Origin: Hypanus sabinus
Lineage: Eukaryota
Reading direction: 5' to 3'
Assembly: GCF_030144855.1 (NCBI RefSeq)
Contig: NC_082726.1
Coordinates: forward strand, 38,502,001-38,566,000
Length of the DNA stretch: 64,000 nucleotides
Numbering within the stretch: the stretch's first letter is position 1; every line of letters begins with the position of its first letter. This document shows positions 14,418 to 27,871 of the stretch, piece after piece. The position numbers and the translations under genes are program-made. The notes under the pieces are model-generated. The model made no database searches and was not told the origin of the DNA. It saw nothing but the letters and a program-made list of their open reading frames with translations.

Positions 14418-17400
14418 ACACTGATTAACAGAAAAAGATTCTTTCAGGTCAAAGTGAAAACAGATCTCTACAGAGTGATTTAAATTAGTTACAAATATAA
14501 AACACTAAATATTTGATTTCATAAGTAAATACCCCTTTGATATGACACACCAAAGCATCACTGGTACAGCCAATTAGCTTTAGAAGTCACATAATCAGTT
14601 AAATGGAGATTACCATGTGCAGTCAAGATGTTTCAATGATTGTAGTAAAAATATACCCGTATGTAGAAGGTCCAAATGCCGTTAAGTCAATATCCTGGCA
14701 AAAACCACACCATGAAGTCAGAAGACCATACCAAGCAAATCCGTGAAAAGGTTATTGAAAAGCACAAATCAGGAGATGGATACAAGAAAATTTCCAAGTC
14801 ATTGAATATCCCTTGAAGTATAGTTAAGTCAGTCACCAAGAAATGGAAAGAATATGAACCAGCTGTAAATCTGCCTACACCAGGCCAACCTCAAAAACTG
14901 AGAGACCGTACAAGAAATGGACTATTGAGGGATGCTACCAAGAGACCTATGACAACTCTGGAGGAATCACAAGCTTCAGTGGTTGAGATGGAAGCGACTG
15001 CACTTTCAATGGTTGCCCAGGTGCTTCACCAGTCACACCTTTATGACAGAGTGGCAAGCCACTGTTGAAAAAAAAACGCACATGAAATCTTGGCTGGAGT
15101 TTACCAGAAGGCATGTGGGAAATTCTGATGTCAGCTGGAAGAAGTTTCTATGGTGTGATGGAACTAAAATTGAGCTTTTTGGCCATCAGACTAAACGCTA
15201 TGTTTGGTGTAAGCCAAACACTGCACATCATCAAAAACACAACATCCCTACCGTGAAGCATGGTGGTGGCTGCATCATGCTGTGGGTTGCTTTACTGTAG
15301 CAGGCTCTCGAAGGCTTGTGAAGGTAGAGTGAAGAATAAATGCAGCAAAATACGGAGAAATCCTGGAGGAAAAACATGATGCAGTCTGCAAGAGAACTGC
15401 AACTTGGGAGAAGATTTGTTTTCCAGCAAGACAATGACCTCAAGCATAAAGCCAAAGCTACACAGGAATGGCTTAAAAACAACAAAGTTAATGTTCTTGA
15501 GTTGTCAAGTCAGAGTCGACCTTAATCCATTAAAGAATGTGTGGCTGGACTTGCAAAGGGCCATTCACTCACGATCCCCATGCAATCTGAGTTGAGCTGA
15601 TTTGTAGATATCTATCCACACAGATTCAAGGGTGTAATTGCTGTCAAAGGTGCATCTAATAAATGCTGACTTGAAGAGGGTGAATACTTATGCATTCAAT
15701 TATTTTGTGTTTTATATTTGTGTAACCCGCTGTAATGGCTTCTCTGCAATGTTCACCGCTGAGGTAGCAGTTTCTCTGTAGCAGCAATGCCTGGGTTATG
15801 GCAGAAACTGTGGTATGCATGTTAGCCAATCAGGATTTTATTACTCTGTCTTTTGAATCCGGGTGGAGATTTTTTGCGGGCTTTTGCCAGGGAGAGATGA
15901 GGAGAGAAGACGCGAATGGAGAGATTTGGTAGACCACCGGACAGGGTGGACTTGGAGCAAGGATCCAAATGAGGCGATGATCGGAAGAGGTCGATGGTGA
16001 TTGATCAACTTATCAGTGAGCTCCAACTTTGTGCAACAGACTGTTTACAAGATTGGGCCCTTTTTCTTTTTATTTCGTTTCTCTACTAACCATATAGTCA
16101 AAGTAAGAATTATAAAGCTTAATCGTTTAATCGCATATTGTGTACTGTTTGTTATTTTGGGGTACTGATTTGTAACAGGGGACACATTGCACAACCCAAA
16201 CAAGATTTCTTAAGTTTGGATGGGCTGGGGGTTATCATTCCCCTATATTAAGTCGCTAGCCGAAGTGAGAATTATATTTGTAAATAATCTGGGTCACTTC
16301 GTAGAGATCTGTTTTCACTTTGACATGAAAGAGTCTACTTCTGTTGATCAGTGTCAAAAAAGCCAAATTAAATCCACTGTGATTCAATGTTGTAAAACAA
16401 TAAAACACATACATTTCTAAGGGGTTTGAATACTTTTTATAGGCACTTTAGCAATAAAGGCCACTATGCAATTTGCCTTCTTAATTACTATCCACATCTG
16501 CAAGCTAACATTTTATGTTTCAGGCACAGAAGATCTCTAAACTCCCATTATACATCACTCTTTGCAATTTCTCTCCATTTAGATAATACTCTGTCTTTTG
16601 ATTCCTGCTACCAAACTGCCTGACATTACTTTATCTAAACTCTATTTCCAGGATTTTGCCCACTTGCTTAACCTATTCCTATCCTGCAGAATCAAAATAT
16701 CTTTATCACAGCATTCTCTCGCTCATCTATTTTCATGTCAACTAAGCCAAACTTGGATACCTACATTCCGCCCTCTCATTCCAGTCATTAATTTAAGAAA
16801 TAAATAACTGATGGCCAAGGACTGATCTTTAGGACGTTCCATGAGTTATGTTTTTCCAGTTTGAAATAGATTAATTCATTTTTATCCTCAATTCCCAATA
16901 CCATGAATGCTTCTATATTAGCAATTTATACAGCATCTTATCAAATGCCTTCTGAAAATCTAAATACACTGCAGGTACAGATTCCCGTATTACTTGTAAA
17001 CAATTGCAGCAAATTTGTTAAACATGGTTCCACTTTCATAAAGCAATGCTGATTGGTTTGATTGCATTAATCCATTTAAATAGCAGCAAACTCTTTCTTG
17101 ATTCTACACTTCAGAATCTTTCCAATGACAGATGTTAAACTAACCACCCTTCTCTAATCGTACATTCACAATTTTCCACATCGGTGCCATGCTGGAAGAT
17201 GGTTAGTTGGTGAGGTACCAGAAAACTGGAGGGAGGCTAATCTTATGCCTTAATTTAAGAAGGGCTGCCAGGATAAGCCAGGTTATTTCAGGCAGATGAG
17301 CCTAACATCAGAAATGGTAGAGTGAACGACAGGTTCTACCTGCATTTAGGAATAATTAGCGATATTCGGTATGACTTTGTGAGTGAAAAATCATGTCTTA

Positions 17401-20400
17401 TGAATTTGATTTTGTTTTTTGAAGAGGTGACCAACCAAGAGGACTGGCAAGGGCAGGGCAGTAGAGTTTGTCTCCATGGACTTTAGAAAGGTCCTACAAA
17501 GACTTTTGATAAGGTTTTGTGTGGTAGGCTGGTCTGGAAGTTGAGATCACATTCGATTCAGGATGAGCTAGTTAATCGGTCAAAAAATTGGCTTGAGGTT
17601 AGGAGTCAGAGGGCAGTAGTGGAGGCTTTTTCTTCAGATTTGTGGTCTGTGACCATTGGGGTGTCATGGGTGTTGGTGCTGGGCCACAGTTATTTGTCAT
17701 CTACAGTATATTAACAATCTGGATTAGACTGCAGTTAACATAGTTAAAAAGTCTACGTATGATACTAAAATTGGTAGTATAGTGAAGAGGTTTATTAAAG
17801 ACTACAACAGAATCTAAATCAACTGGGACAGCAGGCCAAGAAATACCAGATGGAATTTAACTTTCACACACAGACTGGTAAGCTCAGTTAAGATGAAGAG
17901 GGTTCCGGCTTCTACTACTGTTTATTCTGCTGGCAAATATACAGTCTCAGGAAAATAAAGCAGAAAACCTCAGAGCAATATTGCAGTAGTGGACATCAGA
18001 ATCTGTTACGTTCTTTGTTTCACAAAGACTTGGCTGTCGCCTGCCATTCCAGGTGCAGTGATACAGCTTGCAGGCTTCACGATTCATCACCAAGATAGGG
18101 CTGCTGTGCCTTTCAAGGGCAGAGGAGGTGGAGAATGCTTTATGACTAACTCCTTGTGGTGCACAAATGTGGTGGTTCTGTCCCAGTCTTGCTCACCCAT
18201 ACTGGAACATCTAGTAATCAAGAGTCGTCCATTTTATCTGCCATGGGAGTTTTCAGCCATCTTGGTGGCGGTGTACATTCCACCTCAGGCCCATGTCAAA
18301 TTGGCTCGACATAATCAACAGGTTCATTGATGTTTTTCCTGTAATTTTGCGGTATTTTAACCAGGCATCTTGAAAAGGTCCCTAAATAATTATCACCAGT
18401 GGAACCAACATATTAGACCACTGTTATACTACCAACAAAAATGCTTACCATGCCACCCCACACCCAAACTTTGGAAAGTCTGATCACCTGGCTATACTCC
18501 CTGAATATAGGCAGAGACTGAAGAATACAGCACCAGTAGAGAGGACCAAGATAGTATGGAAAGGGAGGCAGAGAAGTGCTTACAGGACAGCTTTGAGTCG
18601 GTGGACTGGACAATATTCAGGGATTAATTTTCGAATCTGAATGAATATAGCACAGATGTCACTGACTTCATTAAAACCTGTGTGGATGACTGTTTGCCTA
18701 TGAGAACATACCATAGATACCCAAATCAAAAGCTGTGGATGAAGCAGGAAATTTGTAGTCGGCTGAGGGCTAGATCTGTGGCATTCAAGACTTGTGATTC
18801 AGGACTACACAAGTAGGTCAGGTACAACTTACAGAGGGCTATCTCAAGAGCAAAATGACAATTCTGATGGAGATTAGAGGCAGAATTGGAACCACACCAA
18901 CTCTAGCAGGGTTTGCAGGCCATTACTTCCTACAAAGCAAAGCCTAATATCATGAATTGTAGTGATGCTTCTTTCCCAGATGAGATCAATGCTTTTTATG
19001 CATGCTTTGAAAGGGAGAATAAAACTATAGCTATGAGTTTTTCGGTGTCTAGTGATCCTGCGATCTCTGTCTCAGAGGGTGATGTCAGAACGTCTTTCAA
19101 GAGGGTGAACCCTCACAAGGTGACAGGCGATGATGCACCTGGTAGGACTCTGAAAACCTACCAACCAACTAGTGGGTGTGTTCAAATACATCTTCAATTT
19201 TTCTTTGGTGCGGTTGGAAGTTCCCACCTGCTTCAAAAGAGCAACTTTCATACCAGTGCCCAAGAGGAGCAGGGGTAAGCTGCCTTAACATCTGCCATCT
19301 AGCAGCACTCACATCTATGGTGATGAAGTGCTTTCAGAGGTTGGTTATGGCTAGAATCAACTTCAGCCCAAGCAAAGACCTGGACCCACTGCAATTTGTC
19401 TACCACAACAATAGGTCTACCATACGTCAAATCTCATTGGCTCTTCACGTGGCCTTGGATTACTTGGACAATACCAATACTTACGTCAGGCTGCTGTTTA
19501 TTGCCTACAGCTCAGAGCTTAACACAGTCATTCCCACAGTTCTGATCAAAAAGCACCAAAACTTGGACCTCTGGATCCTTGACTTCCTCACCAGAAGACC
19601 ACAGTCTGTGCGGATTGGAAACAACGTCTCCACCTCACTGATAATCAACACTGGCACACCTCAGAGATGTGTTCTTATCCCACTGCTCAACTCTCTCTAC
19701 ACTGATGACTGTGTATGCAGAGCCCAAATGCCATTTATAAATTTATTGATGATACAACTGTTGTTGGCAGGATTTCAGAAGGTGACAAGAAAGTGTATAG
19801 GATAGATCAGATGGATCAGTGGTGTTGTAGCGACAACCTTGCACTCAGTAAGACTAAAGAATTGATTGTGGACTTCAGAAAGAGTAAGACAAGGGAACGC
19901 ACATTTGTCCTCATCGAAGGATCAGAAATATTAAGGGTGAGCAATTTCACGTTGCTGGGTGTCAATACTCCTGCGAATCTATCCTGGGCCCAACATATCG
20001 ATGCAGCTACAAAGAAGGAACGACAGTGGCTATATTTTTTTTTACTTGAAGTTTGAGAAGATTGGCATGCTACCAAAAGCACTCAGAAATTTCTACAGAT
20101 GTGCCATGGAGAGCATTCTGTATTGCTGTCTGCAATGGGGAGAGGGGGCACTGCACAGGATCAAAATAAGCTGCAGAAAGTTGTAAATTCAGTCAACTCC
20201 AACATGGGTACGAGCCACACCAGCATCCTGAACAACTTAAGCAGTGATGCCTCAAAAAACCAGCATCTACCATTAAGCGCATCTGCCAGGACATGCCCTC
20301 TTCTCAGTCCTACCATCAGGGAGGAGGTACAAGAGCCCAAGGCACACACTCAATGATTCAGGAACAGCTTCTTTTCCTCTACCATCAGATTTCTGAATGG

Positions 20401-23400
20401 ACATTGAACCCATGAACACTACCTCACTATTTCTTTCTCTTTTTGAACTACATTTAACATTTATTTATGTGTGTGTGTCTATATATATATAACATAAAGT
20501 AATTGATTGCATAAGTATTCACCCCATACAAGTCAGTATTTAGTAGATGCACCTTTGGAGGCAATTACAGCTTCGAGTCTGTGTGGATAGGTCTCTAGCA
20601 GCTTTGTACGTCTGGACACTGCGATTTCTCCCCATTCTTCTTTATAAAACTGATCAAGTTCTGTCAGTTTGCAAAGGGATCATGAGTGAACAGCCTTTTT
20701 CAAACACAGCCACAAATTCTCAATTAGATTGAGGCCTGGACTCTGACTTGACCAATTAAGAACATTAACTTTGTTGTTTTTAAGCCGTTCCTGTGTAGTT
20801 TTGATTTTATGCTTGGGGTCATTGTCTTGCTGGAAAACAAATCTCCCAAGTCGCAATTCCGTTTCAAAACATGCTGAAGGACAGGAGTGTACCCTGAATA
20901 TACATTGAAGCAATCAGCCACCGAATGACAGAGCTATCAGTGACTGAGTAATATCTTCACTGCAGGTGAATTCACCTCTGACTTCCACATCTGCCCACCT
21001 AAATTCTCAAGAAGTCAGGCATGAAACTCCCTCCCAAGCCTGTGCTAAAGGTACTGGCCTGAGAACTCTTATTTTGGAGATCTCATTTCATTCTAAGCTC
21101 TGGAGCCCAGTATTGTGGCCCACTTTCAGCCATCTAGATTTTGCTGTCTCACCAACATGAGCATACATGATAGATCTTCCTGGTTACAAGCAGTTTTTAA
21201 TGAAGCAAACCCCCTCCACTCCCCAGTGACTTGTAAAAGACAGGAAGGGACTCTGTGTCTTAATAGTTGCCAAAAGCAGTGTAAAACTAGTAGTAAAACC
21301 ACATTTTGATTAATTACTCAATTAATTGTTTCACTGAGCATAATTTCATGTATATTTAAAAGTAAAGCAACTAGGATCTGGTATTTAATTAAAACCGATA
21401 TTTCGAAAACATTCAGCAACTAAGTAGGATACTTCTAGACAAAATGACCAGGCATAGAAAATGTATGTGAGTTCAGTGAATCCTTTCTTGACAGTTTTCA
21501 AGGAACACAGGTTCAAAGTGACCAGTTTTTCACAGCCTACTGTCGAACACAGCCTAGTTTTTCACTGGGGTTCATTGTCTCCACCATAAACCAAACAGAA
21601 TTCTTAAATGTGCCATATTCTACTAAACAATTTGAGATGTATAAAGTTCCATGAGCAAAAACTGTTGGAAATACACAATGTTGCAAGTTGTTCAATTCTG
21701 AAAAAGAGGATAGATTAATGTTTCAGAGAAAAGATGCTAACAGTCATTAATTGTTTCATGCAACAATCTACTGTAGTTTCTTATGCTTCTGATACCTCAT
21801 CAATTGTCCTCTACGAAATTTAATATTGATAACATTTTTGCTTTTTTTTTATCTTTAAGAATTAAGTCTAAGATTTTGTGATGACAGAGTAAGCTATACC
21901 AGAATCTTTCTGGCCTCTGTCCATGCTTAATGCCTCCTCATCTACCACTCAGTATCAGGCACACTCAATACAATATTATACCATTATTATCAGGAGCATC
22001 TATCTTCCTTAATGTCAGTTCCAGTAGCAGAATGTGCCACTCATATATTATCAGTAACCCTTTCTTAATTTTACTGCAGCTTCACCTTCTCTCACACTGT
22101 GCCATTGCCAGGGTTTGTTCCTTGTTGATGCATTACAACACCATAGTCAGTCTCATTTACAACTCTTTCATACAGTATATTCACTGAATGTCATAGTAGC
22201 TTTGTCTATACTATACCAATAATACCTCACAGTTACAGTGGGTGTCTGATTCCACTCCAGAACCAGAATACATAATCTCCACAATAATCCAGGGCAACAC
22301 TGCTATTTCATCAAATTAAGCTTGTGGAGCAGACTGTTAGCCAAGACACGATAGTTCAGAAACACATCAAATTGCCTTGATACAATCCTAAAAAGAATTG
22401 GATGTTATTTTATTTTCCATACTTGCTAGCTGAGAACAATTACTATTTTGCAATGTAATTAAATGCAAACAAAGCACTTTGAGATGCTTCTGACATGTCT
22501 ACTTTTTGTACTGTTTCATGTAGCACCATGGTCCTGAAAAACATTGTCTCGTTTTTACTGTGTACTGTACCAGCAGTTATGGTCGAAATGACAATAAAAA
22601 GTGACTTGACTTGACAGATTGTAATAATATGCAGTTTAAATTCATACCTTTTATCTTTTCAGTGCCATGGATTTTTCTCTTCAATGTTAGATTACAACTC
22701 TCTGACCCCTCCACTCACACCATTAGGACTACTCATATAGAGCGTCTTCCATCCACTCAGTACTTCAACAAGTTCCAGTTCTCTCCTATCTAGTGTTACC
22801 TTCATTCTTCACTCAGTCATTGCCACTTTCGGAGACAAAGTATTTCCACCATGCTATAGATTCACTCAGTTTACTTTTATTATTTACATATGTGATCACC
22901 GACAAATTTAGAGCATTTATTTGCTTTGGAGAAAGTGATGGTAAAGTACCATTTTTAACTACTGCAATCTGTTTAATTATAGTCTCCCAAATTATTGTAG
23001 GATTGAAAGTTTGAGTATTTAAACTCAGCAACAATAAAGAATCAGAATATATGACTAAGTCAGAATCACGCCCATCTTGGAGAGGAATATGATGCCATTC
23101 CAATATACCTGGGGCCCTTGTCCTTTCCCCCAGATGTAAAGATTGTGAGTTTGTGAGGTGCTGTCAAAAAATCAGGGCCACACTTTACTGCTCAGATAAA
23201 GAGATACACCTGATATAGATTCATAGACTTGGCTGGGTAATTTACTTGCTGTCTTTCTTACCTCAACCAAGTGTTCAATAGTACTGCCTTTCTTAATGCT
23301 AGTACTGATATTTCCCATCCACTGCTGTTAGTAAGGTTGCTTATTCAATAGCACCATCTGAACTTCTCCCCTCACAGCTCCATTCAGAAGCCCTTCGTCA

Positions 23401-26400
23401 GGACGTAGGGCCTCGGCCCAAAACGTCGACAGTGCTTCTCCCCATAGATGCCGCCTGGCCTGCTGTGTTCCACCAGCATTTTGTGTGTGTTGTTTGAATT
23501 TCTAGCATCTGCAGATTTCCTCATGTTTGCTCCATTCAGAAGCCTTTGTTTGAGTGAGAAACATTCTCTGATTTTACATACCGTAACTACACTTTCAATA
23601 TCACCAAAATCTAAGGTCTTTCATGCAGTTCTTTCCTCAGGTTAATGATTTTGTCCTTGTGGTACTGAGGGCTCTTCCCCAATGACTATGCTAATCATGT
23701 TCCCCTATTTTTCAGTCAGTAAAAGTGAAACTTCTCCTATGCTATTACCCAAAGTCATTGTCTTTCTACTTATTTTCCATACTGCCTAACTGCTCTCACC
23801 AAATTCACAGATAATGAAGAATGACTACCCAAGTCATTCACAGAGTGCCTATCTCTTGCTTCACTGCTAATGCCTCACTTATCAAATACAGGCCTTTCAC
23901 AGTTATCGTCTTATATAATTGCTTTCTTCCAATATCACATGATCTACATGAGTTTGCTGGTTGCATATACTTGTACCATGTTGCTTCTTACAACATGGTT
24001 CCAGGCTCAGACTTACATTGGGAGTTCAAACCTCAGCTGATTGACAAAGCCCTACACAGCAAAGGAACTTTCTGTCCATGTGGCCAACTTTGCCCTTAAA
24101 TGGATCACACAGCCGGTAATAGCCTGTTCTCAGCCTCATCAGCTGTCAAAACTTCCCAGTGACCAACAGTATCACAGAATGCTGTGTAATTATTTTATCA
24201 GTATTATATTTATGGTCTATATGCAAGATCAAAGTGCTATATTTTCATTACTTCCTTCTTTGCTTTTGCTAGATCTTTAAGCTTATTTCTTTTTTATTTT
24301 TGCAGGTGAAACAACATTTAACAGCATTGACAATTTCTAAAAATAAATTTTATGTCTGTTTAATGCACGTTCAAGATTCAAGTTTATTTGTCATCTGTAC
24401 ATCGAATCATATAATGAAATGTGTGGTTTTCATTAACAACCTTTGACTTGCTTAAATAAAACTGTTAACTAAGCTGCAACAGTCTTACAAAGTTTGAGGT
24501 TGTATTTGTGTTGACATTAGGAATAGTGTCATCACACTCTAGCAGAATAATTATGTTAAGCTTGCCACTGTCCGTGTGATGACCCTCAGAAACTGAGCCT
24601 GCGGTGGGTGAACTTATCCCTGTGATTCGTGTCCGGCAGCTGAGGGAAAAATCATCCTGCAGAACAAATGAATGAGGAGCAGTGGAGACCAAATTACCAA
24701 ATGTAAAAACGATGTGAAAGCAATTGTCATTAACTTACTCAACTACTGCCTCTGTAAAACAGCAACAGAAGTGAGCAGAAAAAAGAGTGCCCTTGACCGG
24801 GCGCCAGTTTTCAGAAGCCTACATTACAAGTTTACTTATTCAGATGTGAGATTAGGAGAAGACTGGGCTTGAACAGATGAGTGATAAGATCTGATTAAAG
24901 ACAAGAATTGATCCCTATCAAAAATCTGTATGTAAATTTGACAGATGTTACAGTAGAATAAGTCACCTGTCTACCTTCCAGCACTCCAGGTGTACTGATT
25001 TAAGATAACTCTGCTTGGAGTTATAGGATTGCCGAAGAGGGTTCTTGGTATAATACAAAGGAAGTGAGTTAGTGCTGGAATACTACTCTCTGTAGAGTCC
25101 TTACTATACCAGTTTGCTTTACTAACCAAAGGTTATTACTCTAATACAGGTGCATGCTAAAATTTAATTGTAGACCTTCTGAAGAGAAAAACAAGCAAAC
25201 TTCTTGTCATACTGTAACTAGTGGTATAACATCAGGTGGTCTGTGCTCATGTGATTTACTGCTAGTTTCTCAGCCTAACATTCTTCCAACTTGTATTGAA
25301 TTCCAGAAATTCTGTCTCTTGTACTAATATGCTTTGTACCAGTGTCAATGTTTTCTTTCCATTGTCAGTGGTCCTCACTCAGGACAGAAAATTTCTCACC
25401 CTAAAACAGGGTTTTACTATTAGTGCATATTTCCTTGTGTGGCTCTCATCTACGACAAACTTTCATTGTACTTCAGTGACCTCTAATGCATCTCACTCTT
25501 GTTAAGACTTGCTTAACTAATGGCAGGATCCCTTAAGAGGTAAGTGTCACTCAACCAGTCCTTCCTTGGTCAATGGCATTCCTTATTCAGTCCTATGTTT
25601 TTCTATCTGGTGTATTTGTATCATAAACTCAATGTGAATCTCATTTGATTTTCTTTTCGTCCAACACCATAAACTATAATTATTGCAAATCAACAGCACA
25701 ATCGTTTCTTATTCATTTCCAAGGCCTTTGTCAGCAAATGCCATTCCTTTTCTCCTTAGAGATCTCAGCTCTCCTCTTCAGCACTACTTTCCAAGTCAGG
25801 ATTTCTCAATCAAGTACCAGTACATTTTTTACCTTGTGACAGCATGTCCTACTCAGTAACTGTCCTCCCGGGGTGACCTCTCCCATTCTGACCCTGTTCC
25901 CATTATGTCTATGTGTCAAGCACTAACAATAGACTTCCAATACCTCTCATCGGTTCCAGAATCTCTCCACCAGGATCCTGTATCATTCACACATATCTCA
26001 TGCAAATGCAGCATTTCTCACCCAGTGTAATATTTCTCATGCAATACTCTTCTTCTCACACAGTCCTTGCACAAGTTGGAAATAAAGAATGAATGAAGGA
26101 TACTTAGACTTGGGTGAAAAACACTTCCCTTGGGCAAGCTAGAGCTTTTCTCTTTGGAGCAAAGGAGGAAGAAAGGTAATTTGATAGATGAGTATAAGAT
26201 TATAAGAGGATAGCCAGCACCTTATACCCAGGGCGGCAATGGCTAATGGCAGCGGATGGATTTTTAAGGTGATTGGAAGAAAATATAGGGGGGTGTCAGA
26301 GGAACTATTCTTTTCAGACAGTATGGTAAGTGCATGGAACGCATAGCCAGGGGTGGTGGTAGAGGCAGATATTTAAGGGACATTTAAGAGACTCTTGGAG

Positions 26401-27838
26401 AGGCACATTGATGAAAGGAAAATGGAGGGCTATGTGGGAAGGAAGAGTTAGATTGATCATGGAGTGGTTTAAAAGTCAGCACAACATTGTGGGCTGAAGA
26501 CCTTGTACTGTGTATTACATTTATGTATTACATGTATATTACGGCATAACAGTAAAAGTTGAATGTAATGGTTGGACTTGCTCTGCTCCTGGCCCTTTGC
26601 CATCAGTACATTGTCATCAACAGACCATCTTTTTCACCTAGTATCTCATAGTAAGCAGTACTGTTTCTGACTTATTGTTAGACCTGATCCAGTCGTTTTT
26701 CACGCTATTATAGGATCTTAGCATCTATCAATATTTCTCATTCAATGACAGTACCACTCAACCGTTATCTTTTAACTCTCACCAGTGCAAGTCTCAAGCT
26801 ACCTCTCACACACTGCTACTATCTCTCAGTCACTGGTGATATTTTCTCACATTACCACAATCTCAGTTTTTGATGTTTCTCAGCCTGAATTTGTAATTCA
26901 TCAGTTGAAAATATTCGCACTCAGCCATTTATCTCATCAACCGATAATACCTCTCAATTGATGCTGCGAACTCTACACTTGTTACTGGTTCTCATATAGT
27001 GCCTTCAGCTCAGGCAATGCATGTATTCTGCATTCACCACTAGAATCTCTGTGCTTTTTTACTGTTAAAAACTTTGTCACTGATTGCATTTCTCATCAGC
27101 GTCACTGTGTCAACTGTTACTAGTATTTGTCACCTAGTGCTACGATCTCTCATCAATAAATGTTTCTTCTCACACAGTCAGTAGCTCAGCCAATGTCAGT
27201 ATATCTCACCCAATACCAGCATCCCCACAAAGGCAGATTTTCTCACCCAATATTAGAATCTCAAAAGTTAGCAATGTCTCTCACCCAGTGCCAGCACCTG
27301 CACTAAATGACAGTATTTCCAATAGGGCTAGAGATTTTCACTTAATAATGATAGTGTCAAATCCAGTGCAACTGTTCCATTCCCTTGTCAGCAACCCCAT
27401 CAGCACCAATGTTTCTCACTGGCTGCTAGTACCCAGTGCCAGCATGTCCACCACTGCCTGTGTTCAGATTCATGTACCATATGTGCATTGAAACACACAG
27501 TGAAATGTGCCATTTGTATTAACAACCGACACTCCTAGGGTTGTACTGGGGGCACCCCCACAAGTGTCACCACACATTCTGGCATCAACACAGCAAGCCC
27601 ACAATGCCGGGCAGAACAACACGGGACACAACAAAACACAACAGTGTTCCTTGTCTAGTGCCAGTGATTCTCACCCACTGCCAGCATCTCCACCAGTGTC
27701 CGCTTTTCTTTACTCACTGCCAGTGTTCCTTGCCCAGTGCCAATATCTCAACTAGCGGCAGTGGCTCTTACAGGGACAAGGGCTTTGCCCAAAACTAGTG
27801 AGTCCCCTGATCGCGCGGCCGCCTCCCCTTCCCACAGA

Positions 27839-27871
<33 letters not shown>

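Noticed and set aside
14712-15670. Active or domesticated Tc1 transposase
   Set aside because: In-frame stops, frameshifts and altered catalytic motifs
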